Shown piece by piece: positions 1-14,386 of a DNA stretch of 64,000 bases. The stretch's first letter is position 1, and each line of letters opens with the position of its first letter. The notes below the pieces were generated by a model. That model did not search any database and was not told the origin of the DNA. It saw nothing but the letters and a program-made list of their open reading frames with translations. The stretch comes from Phallusia mammillata (lineage: Eukaryota), in the NCBI GenBank assembly GCA_965637545.1, contig OZ281494.1, positions 15,934,001-15,998,000 of the forward strand, given 5' to 3'. A program made the translations under genes and the position numbers.

Positions 1-3000
1 TGGCATCATCAGCCATGTTGTGAGTTACAATGGGTGGAAGCGCAGTGCTCTGGTTTGCATACATACACCGTTTTAACTTTATTAAGTCATCCCTCTCAAG
101 TAAGTCATCATTTGTTGGCATTCTTCCTCTAAACCAAAAACACATATCTTGTGAAATTTAGAAAAGCAACATGTTAAAGTGAATTTGTTATTTAAAAAAT
201 CTTGACACAACTACGCATGCACAGTACTGATATATAGTGTCTTAAATAAAGAAACTTAAAAATGTTTTACAAACCTGAGGCATTGGTCAAGCACTTTGTT
301 ACCAACGTTGTTTTTGATTGCATCAACAGTTTCCTTCAGTTGTTTTACCACAGCTTGGCCCCTTAAGCTTTCTACATTGAAGTTGTTTGTTGCAGCAGGA
401 AAAATTAAAAAAGCCACCACCGTGGTGTCACTATTGGTCATCTGCAAAAAAGCAGAAAACAGTTCATTGATTAACCACTACCAGAGACCAGATAGTATAC
501 TTTATGAGCTTTATACTGCCTATAGGAGTTAGTTTTTTTAAGTATACATTGTAATAAATTTCGTCTATAACATTCAAGTATCACATGATGTTTGACAAAA
601 TAGAAACTCTGTCATTGCAAGACTGCACAAGGAATGTTACAAAACCTTATTTTTGAAAGTAAAAGTCATGTATGCAACAAACCAAAACTATAGCTATCTT
701 CCAATGACCTTAGAGATTACCATCACTGTACAATGCAATTTAAGAGATTAATTGAAAGGCAGAAAGGTCATTGAGTCAAAATACCTTTAATCTGTGGTTC
801 AGCCTACTTAAACACTCGATGTACATGTCAGCACCCTTGTTGCTGTATTCGTACCGACCAGCAATAAACATGTAGACAGTCTTGTCTAAGTTGAGGTCAA
901 AATGCCTGCAAATATAAGGAATTGCATGTAATTTTTTTATGCAATTTAAACTGTGTCCAGTATGATTTCACCAACCCTAGCCTATTTTAGATAACACACC
1001 CATAAAAGTGTCCAGTCACAAAATTGTGGATCTTGTCTTTGGCAATGGCATGGAGATTTTGAAACTCATGAAGACATTGAGTGTTTTTGATGCTTAGCCC
1101 ATTAGGAAGAATAAGGTCTGAAAAAGCAGGTTGTAACTTGTCATGTATGTACAAAATAGCACTATGTACACAGTCACATATACTACTTGTCATGTTATGT
1201 TCTCAATATCATACAGTGCTATTTTTGTCTCTTATTTATTATGAAACAAAGTCTCCATATATGTACCTGGTTTTCTTTTTAGCAAATGTTGAGCTTCTAA
1301 AGAGGTTATATCGGAAACAGTGGAAAACACATGAGCAGAATGTGCAGCAGCTCGTTCCATGCAATATCGGTGATAGATTTGACGGTTTCCAGCCTCAGTG
1401 TCACATTCAAACTAATCCAAGGGACACAATAGTTTATTATAGTGTTTGTAACATACATTTGCAAAGCAAACACACATAAAAAAACACATTTATACTCTTA
1501 CATATACTGAATTACAGTACTTGTTGAATAAACAACTAGAATTGCAATAATGCATTTTACCAAAAAAGGAACTTAGTAACTGTGACCTTTTTAAACTATG
1601 GCTTTTTGGCAGGGTTAATTAATTCACAATGTTATTTTACATTGTGTCTCATATTTGACAATGTTTTTATTTTTAAACATGATTGTAACATGTCAAAGTA
1701 TACAAATATTAATCTTACAAAATAAGTGGGGTAAATGTCGGAGCTGTAGTTCAAATTCAGGTCATTGGTGCATGTTTTATTAATGTACAAATTCTATAAT
1801 CGACTCGACAGTTCATCCTGCAGAGTTTTTCAAATTTTTAGATCACCCAATTATAACTTGGGTTGGTATTAAACTGTTTTACAATTTAAACAGGCAAAAA
1901 TTTATGTTTGAGGTTTACAAAAATTGTAGTGGCAATTCACAACACAATCCTCTTGAGTAAAATTTAAAAAATGCAGTATTTATTTGATGATTTTTTTAGA
2001 AGCATTTTACCTTGTCTAAGTTGTTGTAAAAGTCAACATTAGCTGCACATAGATATCTTCCCAGCAATGTAGCATGAGTTGTAAAAACAGTTGAAACGTC
2101 GATTTGCCTCATACGGGTCATGAGCAATCCAACTCCTGACAACCATTCATGAAAATGTGCCACTAGCACAGGTTTCTCTCCACACTGAGCCCTAAACTAA
2201 AGTTTACGATTATAAAAAAATGCCTGCGTGGTAAGGTTATACAAAAAAGTAATGTAACTCACTTCACCCAGAAACCAAGCAGTTAAAAAGCCGAATAAAA
2301 TGCATTTCTTTGCCTCTGTGTCATGATCAGGAATGCCAATTCCAGTCTTTTCAAACATTTCCCATGACCAACTGTTATAGTTGGGCCAAGCTGTGTCCAA
2401 ATCAAATAAAACAACCTGATAAAAACATGCAAATAATACAAATAATAATAACAGGAACTTATGCTGATTCACTATTCATGCAAACCTTTGGATAACCTTC
2501 TATCAACCATCTTCCTGTGACAACCTAAAAAATCAAACATTCATAAATAACACAGGTTATGCATATATATCATATTAATGATAATAAATTAATAACAGGT
2601 GAACTGTCATTGTAACAAAAAAAAAACAATTAATAATGTTTCCTTTTTTATTTATTTTTTGTACATTTGTTTACACTCCTAGTTGGTGTACATGTGCAGC
2701 ATAGCATTAGCATACCACTGTGCTTTCTTAGTAAATTTAGTACTAACAGTAGAAGGGCAGACTTTTGGGCCATAATTGAAGAAGAAAACTCGCTTAACAT
2801 TATGCTTGCTGCATACATGTAGTACTGTCTGTGAATAATATATAATGTTGTGTTATTGATGGCCCTCAGCGTGAATACCTCCGAACATCATTATGTATTG
2901 TATTTAATTACAGTTGCATGAACATGTCATCGTTGAACAAAAAGGTAATAACACAACTATAGTATAACAACCAACCCCAATATTTTGACTGCGCATGAGG

Positions 3001-3285
3001 TCAACAGTTTTTTTCATCTGTGGCATTGTGGGTTCCATTTTATCAACCTCCATGGCCACATATTTCTCGTTGCATATCCCAATCATACAGTAATCTTCTC
3101 CCAGTTCTTCAACTGTAGATTCTGCTTTGCTTCTAATGACAGTATAAATTCCACCAACTGAAAAAATAATACAATACTTAGAAACAGGTATTAACAGTTG
3201 TTTTGAGAATGTAATATGAATTACCTTTGTTTGCAACTTCAAGTGCCACCTCAAATGTGAAAAGTGCAGGGGGTTCAGTCGTCAT
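1..3285 (-). CDS. GYS: Glycogen synthase (GT3), 5' part; 3' end lies beyond window start
   Basis: Spliced exons with GT-AG boundaries and consistent phases: 3285-3225, 3157-2976, 2524-2486, 2415-2263, 2196-2011, 1411-1267, 1117-1000, 905-785, 441-275, 128-1. Translation contains [80 protein letters not shown] and PPIVTHNM, all hallmark glycogen synthase motifs. Confidence 0.97.
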
Positions 3286-5117
3286 TTTCACTGATTAGAA
3301 GTAAATAAACCACCAAGCAAATTAATTCAGTTGCCTACAACTATTATAAACCTGTTTTTAACAAAACCAAATTTGTTTGATTGCATTGAGACATTGTAGC
3401 TAATTATTCTTACTTATCATATGTTTCCTCACCAAAAGTTTTAGACATCTTTATAATTTTTTGCTGTTCTTCTTAACTTTCTTAAACATTATTTCACTGT
3501 TTAAGGAAAACCTTATTGGTCAAACAAACGTATGTCTGAAATATTAACCATTTTTTGTGCAATATGCTGGGTGTACAATTGCTGGCTTTAAAACTGGTAT
3601 AAAAATGCATTATCTAAAAAACAAAATCACATTGAATTGCGTCTGTCAGAAGTCAGAACCCCCTAGGTTGAACTGCAAGTCATGTACGCACACGCTGCTT
3701 TATGATGTCCCCGGCCGCTCGCAAAACAGTGCAATGCCGGTGATCGATTAGTCTGCTGCAACGTGATCCAGCACAACAGCAACGCGTGATTCACGTATGC
3801 GCGAAATAAAACGCTGACGCGCAAGGCATCAAACTTATGTTTAAACAAGGAAGATCACCTTGCGGGAAAATGATCTCCAGAGTTTTGAAAGTGTTAACGT
3901 GATTCTTGACACGCCAGGTTTACTGACGTATTGCACGTGCTTTAAGGTTGCATGCCGAGTCGCGCTGAACCAGAAGCTGTTGCGTAATACTCATGCACAA
4001 ATCCTGAACAGACAACCCTTATGCGTGAATTATTCGTTGTGGACTTGAGCATGACCATACCGTGATGACTTTGTCCGCTACCTGTCTGCAATATACATAA
4101 TACTGACTTGTAAAGTCGTGCAGAATACATCTGGGGTTGCAAGATTCTACCCTATTTGCAGCACGTCATTGCAAGAGAGAGAACGTATCTCATTTGTAGA
4201 AGCGGCTTTTATCAACTGCATGCATGTCACTTTTTTGTCTGTAGTCACACCAATCGCTACATTACACGGCGCAAGACAGCAAACATCTGAATTTAACACA
4301 AATCGAACGAAGTCTGTCACCTCACGAAATGTTGAGAAATGTGACTAGACAATCAGGGCTCCGTGTATTTATGCATGTGCAAGTTTTCACACATATTTAG
4401 ACAAATAATGACGTAATAATGCAATTAGACATTTAGGGCGTCAAGTATTCGAAATGCGACTGTAAGTTTAAAACTTCCGGATTGATCTGCACCAGCTATA
4501 GATTTAATTTAGTATTTGATAATCCTGTTATTTGTTTCGCTGCACAATGAACTTTCATTTTTGTTGATTAGAGGCTATTGACCCATTTACATTCGCATAC
4601 ATGTATTTTTTTACTCCAAATAAAATACAAATAATGGTCAAAAATAGTGAAATTTGACCTTAAAAGTTAAACGCATCACCAAAAAATAACAGTATGCAAG
4701 TATGTTGTTTATGTTGAAATTTATTTACGGTAGTCATGGAAACATTAGGTGATTTCCCACCCCAACTCTACTTCTTGCAAAAACCGAAGTTCTCACTTCT
4801 TATTAATCCGCAAGGCCGTAATGATGTGTTAAGTCAGTGAGCTTGAGCTGAAAGCAAACCTTTCTCCAACGTATCGATACTGATTTATTTTGTGTTTTTG
4901 CATATTTTATGGGAAGTGTAGCGCAAATATCATAACGACAGTTTCGTATTGTAACAAGATACATTTCACATGTAGTTTAATAGCCTATCTTCATTATATT
5001 CAATTTTTAGTTGCCTTTTGTACATATTTTTTAATTTGTGATTCTGACAAATAACTTTGTGTTCGTAATTGAAAAAGCCTTAATAATCATGCAGTAAGGG
5101 CTACACAATTATCAATC

Positions 5118-8100
5118 ATGGGAAAGAAGAAGGGGAAGGATGGACCAAAGCGCAAAAGCATCAAATTTGATGTTAATGCTGATATTGATCTGACTAGATA
5201 TTTAAAAGTCTACAATGTCCAATGTTTAAATGATGGCTCACTTCCTTGTTCCTGGCTTCTTAATGCAATGAAAAATGGAATTGAGCACAGAAAGTATTTA
5301 CGAAAGGTAAGTTTTGTATCTATTTTATGATAGTATCTTATTACTTTTTTGAAAATGTTGAGAGTTATTAGATATGATGGTTATATATTATGCTGGTGAA
5401 ATGCAGTTGATTATGCACAATTTAAGCAATTTTAAACTCACAAAATTATATAAACTCACAATCCCTTGTGTATTTATTTTTTGGTTCAAAACCATTAAAT
5501 ATATATTCATTGAATTAATGTTTTTTGTTCAATGCTCTAGAAATAAACATGATTGATTTGATTTCTAGTTTATTGTTGAGCCAGCTCCTTCACCACCAGA
5601 GGGCATTCCACCACAACCCCCTGTACTGCTAGACACAATAGTTAATACTATAAGAAAAGCTCACTACATCCACATCAATGAGCTTGTAGTATGGGATCTT
5701 GAGTTGCAGCACAAAACTCTGGCAAATATTGTAAGTAGTGTTGGTGTATTAGGTTATTGTCATGTACAGCTACAAAAATCCAAAGAAAATTATTTGTGTT
5801 TATTAATAAAATGCCTTACATTATTGCAAGCATGTAAAATTTGCTACTGAAGCAGATTGCCAGAAAGAATTGGAAAACAAAAGTTGTTTGTGGGTTTTAC
5901 CAAATAGCTTTACATGTAAAAAAATGTTTGTTTAGGATACTGTATTTGGAACGTTTTGGGAATTCACTTTTCTATATTATGATAATTTTTTAGTCTTTGC
6001 TGATTGAGAAAGGCATTTATCCAATTACACGACTTGAACTTATGGATTGTGACATTCTGTATTACTCTGTTGAGCGACTTGCACGAACTTTTAAAGTGAG
6101 CAACTTAACAGAGGTGAACCTGGACTACAATGAGTTTGGTGATGAAGGATGCTCTCGTCTTTGTGCTGGTTGCAAAAACAACAAGGTATGATGAGATTTT
6201 ATTTTCAGTCCAACAGTTTTTATTTGGATTCAGTAAAATAGACATATAAATTCAAACTCAAACTTGCTTTCATGCTAACTCAATTACAGTTTTGCCCTTT
6301 GGCCCAACCAACTTGAAACATAAAGTATCAGATATGGTTTACACCAGGTCCTGTTTCGGGCCCCTTGTCATGTTTTGTAGATAATCAACACATACATATT
6401 GTTATTTTTCAGACAATCATCACTTTAAGCCTTTGTTACTGTGCTTTGACCAGTGCAAGTGGAATTTATTTGGGGGAAATAGCTTACAATAGCACTATAA
6501 GAGAATTTTACCTTGATGGCAACAAAATAGAGTGCAGAGGTGTATCTGACATGTTAAGAGCAATTGCCATTGCTGCAGAAGATGAGCACATGAAAAAGAT
6601 TGAAGAAGATCGTCTCAAGGCTCTGATGATTGCAGAGGGAGCTCTTGAAGGTTGATTGTCATAACTGATTGAAATGCCTGGTTGTTTTTTATTGCAATAG
6701 TATAATATTTACATAATTTACAAATGTACATTAACATTTGACATTTATACCGGATTATTTAAAAATCTTGTCAGGAACCAGTCAAAAGTATGCTTACTGC
6801 CAGGGTTATTGTTTAGCATCTAAGTTTAGGATTTAATGACATTTTTATTGTATGAGCTATATTTAAATGTATTTGCAGCAACAGATAAAAATGTCACCTC
6901 ACAACTGGGAACAACTGATGCAAGTGGAGGTGAGACTGATGGAGCTGCAAGTGACACTCCAAAGAAAAAGAAGAAAAAAAAGAAGAAAGGTTTATTTTAT
7001 TTTTTTAAGTGGTGCTACATAATGTTTGTAAAGTGAGAACATTGTTAGTTTTATATCTTTTCTTAAGTGAATGCTTTTGTTACATTCAAATAAAAACTAT
7101 GGCCCTGGTTACTCTTTCTTAACTCATTACCAGTGTCTTCCCGACAAATCATTATTTAATCACAGCAACGAACAAAACTTGTTTACAGGGAAGAAAGCAA
7201 AGAAAGAACCCGACCCCCCTGTGGTGGGGCCATACATTTACAAACTCCACTTGGCTGAGAATGGCATTGATCCCTACTGCCAAGGAAGAATGGAGGAGCT
7301 ACTGACATGTATTGGTATCATCAGCAGGTGAGATTAAATGTCCTGCTTAATACCTGTGATTTAGTGAAAAAACACATAGCAACACAATTAGTCGATCAAA
7401 CAGCAAGCCAGAAATAGTTGTGTAGTGTTGAAATGTTATGGAGCGCTTACCAGTGGAGGGCACAATTGGTGGATCATGAATTTGAAGTACCAATGCTGAT
7501 GTTTTTGTTCTTATATATTGTTTGCATAACCATTAAAGTATATTTGTCTTTTTCTTTTCCAGTGACTAATTGCATATTTGTTTTAAAAGTGAATTTATAA
7601 CGATCATAAGATTTCTGTACTTTGCCAAAACTCAACTACATTTTTAACTTCATTGAAACTACTATTTGAATTTTTACAGGACAATAATGCATTCCAGTTG
7701 TTTTTGTGAACTTGACCTTGAGGACAATGCAATTGGAAACTTAGCTGCCAGAGAAATAATGGAAGCCCTTGTCCGCAGAAAAGAAGGTTTTTAATTGTTT
7801 GCTTCAAGCTTTTGCCGTGTATCATGAAATTGTTGATCTGAAGTAAAATTGGCCAATAAGACACTTTTTTCCATTAGTCTAAACCAGCGGTTCTCAAACT
7901 GGGGTCCACAGTCCTGTAGGGGTCTGTGAGGCAAATTTTGGGGGACCGCGAAAAGGTTGAAGTAATTCTATAATCTTATTTGGCGTCAGTTTTTGACACT
8001 GAATTAGTTAAAATCAAGGTAGAATTAAGAATCGACTGTCTCCATTGTTAAACAATAGCCTTTATTGCATGAAAACTAAGAAAAATGGAATTGTTCGCGC

Positions 8101-8944
8101 ACAATCGTAATGTTTATGTCTTGTCTGTGATGTCACAAGCTGTCTTTGGATCATTTTTATGTGCAGTTTTGCATAACTGGCTAAAATCCTGCAATCAACT
8201 TTTGTTTTCTGAAATACACATTCAGGCTTAAGGACCACGAGCCCTCGAAATAATGGCAAGGAGACCGTTTGGATAAAAATATGAAAAAGTTTGAGAACCA
8301 CTGGTCTAAACACTTTTCTAATTAAGTACATCTCATGATGAAGTTGACTTAATTGGCAACAAAATCAGTTGAATTGTGAGTGATAAAGGAATGGTGGAAA
8401 TCACTGAATTGATAACACCAACAGTTCATATGTGTAATACAAGTGCTAATATTGTTTTCTCAGGTGATCTTCCCGGTCTCAAGATGAAAACAACAGCTGA
8501 AATACAAAAAGACACTTTTGCTGCCATTGTCAAACTTGCCTCTGGTTTAAAGAAGAAGAAAAAGAAAGGAAAGAAAAAGAAGAAAAAGGTGATACTGTAT
8601 GGTGTCTTAACCATTTGTGCTGGTCTTTGACTGTTAAGTATGCCTAAACATGATTAAACATATTTTAAACGATTTAAATGTGGATGAGTATAGTGTTTAC
8701 CAGGCATATTTTATAAACTTTCCTTTTGCTCAACCAAATATATATTGGTCATTCGACATTTAAATAAAAGTTTACGTGTATTAGATGTTTAGTTTTTATT
8801 GACGTTTTTCATTTTGACATACATTTCTAAGAGCATGTTTGTGTTAGTATCTTTTAAAGTTGGAAAAAAATCCTTCTGTAGTGCAACTTTGTGCTATTAG
8901 GCAGTGGGGTGTTTATTACAACTAGTTTCTTTTTTCAGAAATAA
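5118..8944 (+). CDS. RNI-like leucine-rich repeat protein with poly-lysine tracts (orthology not determined, possibly ciliary)
   Basis: Exons 5118-5306, 5569-5730, 5994-6185, 6413-6650, 6879-6989, 7189-7327, 7680-7786, 8464-8588, 8939-8944 join in frame. RI-type LRRs include LTEVNLDYNEFGDEGCSRL, IREFYLDGNKIECRG and FCELDLEDNAIGNLAAREI. AATAAA at 9005. Confidence 0.85.
7885..8303. mobile_element. Non-autonomous hAT (Charlie/Buster-type) MITE in LRR gene intron
   Basis: TIRs CAGCGGTTCTCAAACT / AGTTTGAGAACCACTG; 8-bp TSD GTCTAAAC at 7877-7884 and 8304-8311; second family member at 60944-61361. Confidence 0.93.
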
Positions 8945-9394
8945 TTCAACATCTGCCAGCAATGAACTGCCTGGTGTTACCTGACCAACACTGCTTGCAC
9001 TGTGAATAAACATGCTTCCTTGTTCGTTACATGTTGCACTTACTTTTGTGTGTCCAAATGCTAGTAAACCTTAACTTGACTAGTACAGTAATACAGGTTA
9101 TTTTGTCACACAAAGTTTATTATTTTTTCTACAAAACAACAGCATACAATCACACGAACATTGGTATGGCCAAAATCACAAAAGGCTTGCAGCTGGTCAA
9201 TTTAGCAGAGTAACAAAAAGACAAGAGGAACTGTTTGATTGGACACAAGGAATTTTTGCAGGACAGCCTAATGCGTCTGCGACAGTGTCATACTGCAAAA
9301 ATCTTTGGTAACCATCTTTATGTTTAATTACATCACATGTATTTTAAACATTTCAGCTTTTTATGCTGTTAACATCAAGATAGGATCACTATTA

Positions 9395-12300
9395 TCACGT
9401 TGATTCAGCTTCCATTGGCTGGTCTCCATTCACATCACCCTTCTCATTGACTTTTTTGGCAGCTTTTGCCTTTTCTTTCTGTTCCACCTTTTGTCTTATC
9501 TCATGCTCCTATACATATAATAAAAGACTATTATCAAAACATTTTTGGCAGGGGTGAAGACTAAACATTTTGTTGTATTTATTCTGTGGTACGTATTAAC
9601 ACAGTATTTTAAAAAGCTGAAAATGAAACACACAAAACATTGCTTTTAATGTTTGACTTGAGTATTTGAATAGCTTGTGAAGCCAATGTTCCACACAAAG
9701 AATATTTTTGTACCTTATCCTGCTTGGCAAATTTATCAAACATTCCTTTGTATTTGGATTTTTCTTTTTCTGCCTGTTCTTGTATTTTGGCAGCACAATC
9801 TTTCATGAACTTGCGAGCAGTTCCATTGTTTGGGTTTACTTTTAAAACCTAAAGAGTTATAAGGGTTTTTTTAAATTTTATTTTTAACTTTTTGGAGCAA
9901 ATGGATTATGTGTGGCACTTAGTACAGACTATTTTAGCACTCTGGTAACACTTACTTCAGCATAGGCTGCCTTGGCATGTTTGAAGTCAATTTCATGTCT
10001 ATAAGCTTCTGCGTCCCGAAACAGAGCTTTTTCATTTTTTGGATCCATCTTCAATGCCTAGTTCAATGAATACGTTATGACAATAAATATTCAAAAGTTT
10101 AAAAGGTTTTACATTATCCTATTTGTTTACCATACCGAGACCCTTTTTGATGTATTAATTAGGTTTGCTGAATTGTATAATTTTGAAGTCCAACTCTACA
10201 ATCGAAACTAATAAAGTGGTTTTCAATTTTTTCAGATATTGTTAAATTTGGTTTAAACCATGCTGGGTAATTCACAGCCTGGCCAAAGTATATTGAACCA
10301 CCAAGTTTATGGTCCTAACTCCTACAAAGTTTAATGAACCACACAATAAACCACAATGACCCTATCACAATCTGATTAATGATCAACTCATACCAACATT
10401 ATTTTACATGTTTAAAGCTTCACTGAAACACTGATTTTAAGTCTTTCTCAGGTTGGGTGTTATTTGACCTATTTGAGAGCTTATTGAAGAAACACTGCAG
10501 TAATGTAGTAAACCACAGAAAAAAACACAACCATTTATTGTTATGTCTGTAAAAATATTACATTCTCTATCAGACAATCAAAAGGTTGAAAGGGCAAAAA
10601 AGTCAACAAATTATAGGTTATAAATGTAGAAACTACAAGTTATTACCTCAGCACAGTTATTGTGTGCCTGCGCATACTGTCCAGCCTTAATACAGGCAAG
10701 GCTAAGATTAAGATATCCCGCAAGTTTTAGTTCTTTCCATTCCTTAATAACTTTTTGGTCCTCCTCTGAACCATCAATCTTGGCATCATGATAGCTCAAA
10801 TAATCAATGATTTTCTTATAGTTGAGAATTGCTTGCTTGAACTTGTTATCCTAACATTTTTGGTAAGGTTAGAGTGCAAATGGTTGTATACAAATCAGTC
10901 CATTAAATGAATGTGTTGTTTGTAATGTTTATGTAATTTGTTGATCTCAACTAAACTTTACCAATTTTGTTCATGATAAAATGTATATAATTACCGATTA
11001 TCCAGAAATTAAGAAACAGTACATATACATTGTTAACAAAAGTAATAATGTACACATTTGCAACTGCAAAAATTGCTAAAAACTTATCTATTGTTACAGC
11101 TATGCCTTTCATCCATGATTTCCAATTATCCATCTAAAAATGTCAAATTTAGTAAAGTTACCTTTAAATATTTGGTGCCCTTTTCCTTTACAATCTTGCT
11201 CTGCTCAATCTTTTCCTCATCCAACATTTCCCATGCCTCCTTCACTTTTTCAAACTTTATCAATTCAATGTCGTAACTTAACTCTGCATCAGGTGGAATG
11301 TTTAGTTTCTCATTTCCATTCGATCCATAACCATATTTGGGTTGGACTATAATATTGCACTTTTCCTCTCGCTTCATCTGTTTTACAGCAATGTCTATTG
11401 CAGGAGGCAAGTTGAGCTCATCATCAGCTATCGAAAAAATCACAGTATTAAAAACCTGGCCGTTGGGGTTGTATTTCTGAACAAAAGGACGAATATTCAG
11501 GGGTAAAACATAGCTGAATTCAACTCAAGTTACAAAATCATTTAAAATACTTCACAATACACACAACAACGCAGTCGGAAACTTATGGATTATGTAGCTT
11601 ATTTTGAAAAAAAATTTCATGTTTTGGGGGCCTATGGGTAATCCGCTGGGTTATTTGAAGTCAAACTTAAAGAGGATCAACTTTAGATAACTAACAAACA
11701 TGTTTGTACATTTGTTTGAAGCACTTTTTCCTGACCAAACCATTGGAACAAACTAGCGTTAGAGTAGAAAAAGAAAAAAATTACGAACAAAAACAATTTG
11801 TACTGATAATAATGATTGTTTACCTTCGCAAAGAATATACTCCAACTCCCTTTCATCAAAAACAGTACCCTTGTATTTTCCAGTGAATTTTATATTAACA
11901 GTAGCACCAGGATTTGGTGTGATGTAATCCTGGCCATCTACCAACATTTGTTTTACCACTCCCTTGTCTTTAGCTTCCGTCAAATCCTCTCCCTGACAAA
12001 GAATATTTACACTTCTATTTATCATATATCATAGGCAACATTGACTCCCCAAATAAAGAGTGCAAAGAAGTCAAAATTCAACACAAAAAATACTTAAAAT
12101 TAAAAATCTGTCAAAAAGGTACAATGTTTTTTTAAAAAAAACAAGAACACGATGTATGGCATCTGCAACCAGTTTTTCTCTGAAGCTACAATGATAAAAA
12201 CAAACAAGTTTAATGATATAAAAATTTCATACCTCCCATTCAAAAAGCTCTACTTCAAAGATGAGAGTAGAGTCGGGTGGAATTTTGGGGGGACTTCCCT

Positions 12301-14254
12301 GCTTGCCATATGCATAATCTGGTTTGCAATGTAGCTCACACACTTCACCTTTCTTCATTGAAGCTACCCCAATGTCCCATGCCTTTATTACCTCACCTTT
12401 AAAAAACAACTATTAGTCAACAAAAACAACTCACTAATCACTACTAACTCATAAATAACAAACCTTTGCCCAAATTGAAAGAAAATTTACTATCCCGGTC
12501 TCGTGATGAATCAAATTCAGTCCCATCTTTCAATTTGCCGACATAATGAACAGTGACTTTGTTTCCTTTGCGTGGTTGCTCATCCGATGTTGGAGCCTTT
12601 TTGATGACCTAAAATAGAGGTGTATACTTCCATTTATTTTAGTTAAAAATGACTTTGATAACACTTGTTTTGCCCAAGGGGTTGGTGATATAATAGGGTC
12701 TGATCTTAAAAGTAACTGCAAGATTCATTTTTGTTCCTACAGCCTCATTCCTTTCATTCTGTTCATACAGCTTCATTCATTTGATTCCGACAGTTCAGTC
12801 TGTTCCGACTATTCATTAAATTAGTTTTGGCCCTATCCATTCCAACTATTCCATAAATTAGTGGGCATCCTGACAATTCTGACCATTCCTTATTCCGTAA
12901 ATTAGAGTTACCTCTTCCTAAGCAATATTTCAAATCACATCAATAATTATAATCTTGAAAGCATTTTTGTCTTTCCATACCTAGATAAAAAATGAGCAAT
13001 TCATTTGCAGGCTGGCAATGACGGGTTAATCCCAAAACTCACAGAATATATATATATCATAAATTGATAATGCACCACACCTACCCTGTTGCAGTATACT
13101 GCATTATAACGCTATCCATTTGCCTGGTAGTAAAGCCCATGTTTTTATGCAAATGCGTATACGCTTTAGCGCAGTGGTTCTCAAAGTATGGGTCGCGACC
13201 CAAACATGGGTCACGCAGGGTCAAAAAATGGGTCGCGCTATGGTGATTCAATTATGCCCAAACGAACTATTACTGCATTAAGTAAACACGAACGAATTAA
13301 CTTATTGTAGTAGTAAAGTCACCACACTCGACCACATTGTGCAGTAAAATGAACCAATCATTACCACATACAGACAATAGTCTTCCAACTTTACTGTTAC
13401 GCACATGGCGATTGTAATGTCATAGCACGGGAAATAATAGGACAAGGTAATGATGCGAAACTGAACTTGGAGATGTAACAGTCAGCGTTTCAGGATGAGT
13501 AAGTATTCGGACAATGACAAATTTTTAGATTTGGGATTCACTTCTATCAATGATCATGGTGCTGTAAAGCCGCAATGTGTGCTGTGTTATGCAATGTTGT
13601 TGAATGAATCAAGCTCGTTTGAAGAGCTCGTTCAGCCTGCAGCATTTTTTACATGGCCAGAGTCCTATGCGGTGACGACGTGTCCTCGAAATTGCAGTCC
13701 GTCTCGTTATTGAACAGCACAGTTAAAAGTCGAATCACAGACCTTTTACTGAATATAAAGTATCAAGTGGTCTCACGAATGAAAAATAGAGCTGTGTATT
13801 GAAGATTTATGAAGGAAAAATTTCAGTTTTATTAATCATATTAAATAAATAAACCATTTGTTTGTAATCAATCATTGTTTCATAGAACTGTGTGCTACAA
13901 ATGGTTGTCTGTGTCTTTTTCTATTTCATGCATTTTAAAAAAATACATTTTTTGAGGTTTGGGTCGTGAGGTGTTCATAAAATTCAGATTTGGGTCGCGG
14001 TCAAAAAAGTTTGAGAACCACTGCTTTAGCGTATACAACTTCGCCGGATGTCATAAATTATTTGGCCGAATTTATTTGGCAACACTGCCGTACATTCGAC
14101 TTGTTCTCGGATTCGGTGCATCAATAGTTAAAATAGGAGCTTCCAAAAGAAGTATTTCAAACAGTACCTTCAAAACACCGCCGTCTTTCTTTTCAGTCAA
14201 ATCGATTGCATTATCTAATGCTGGTGGTTGGTTGTCATCAATCTCGGTAATCAT
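9395..14254 (-). CDS. FKBP4: FK506-binding TPR immunophilin, FKBP4/FKBP5 (FKBP52/51) family
   Basis: Exons 14254-14168, 12608-12464, 12396-12233, 11992-11824, 11427-11162, 10850-10647, 10057-9956, 9848-9714, 9508-9395. Two FKBP domains ([55 protein letters not shown]) are followed by TPRs ([26 protein letters not shown]). FKBP4 versus FKBP5 cannot be separated by eye. Confidence 0.93.
13172..14023 (+). mobile_element. Internally deleted hAT (Charlie/Buster) element with transposase N-terminal remnant, in FKBP intron 1
   Basis: TIRs CAGTGGTTCTCAAA / TTTGAGAACCACTG; TSD CTTTAGCG at 13164-13171 and 14024-14031. ORF at 13495 starts [39 protein letters not shown], like the BED-finger start of Buster/Charlie transposases. 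Confidence 0.92.
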
Positions 14255-14330
14255 CACGAAATATTTTATGAGACAAGATTACCGGTTTAAAGTTTGTGTT
14301 TATCCCTCTGCAACTGCTTCCAAGCACGCA

Positions 14331-14386
14331 GCCAATCACATGTCAGGTGGTTTAGGGGAAAGGAAGGGAACATGCTGGAACTTTGA
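14331..14386. promoter_or_regulatory. Candidate FKBP promoter elements: CCAAT box and degenerate heat-shock element
   Basis: GCCAATCA at 14331-14338 and gGAAcaTGCtgGAActTTG at 14367-14386 (alternating nGAAn-like units, two imperfect), about 80-130 bp upstream of the FKBP ATG. FKBP4 genes are known HSF1 targets. Confidence 0.3.
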
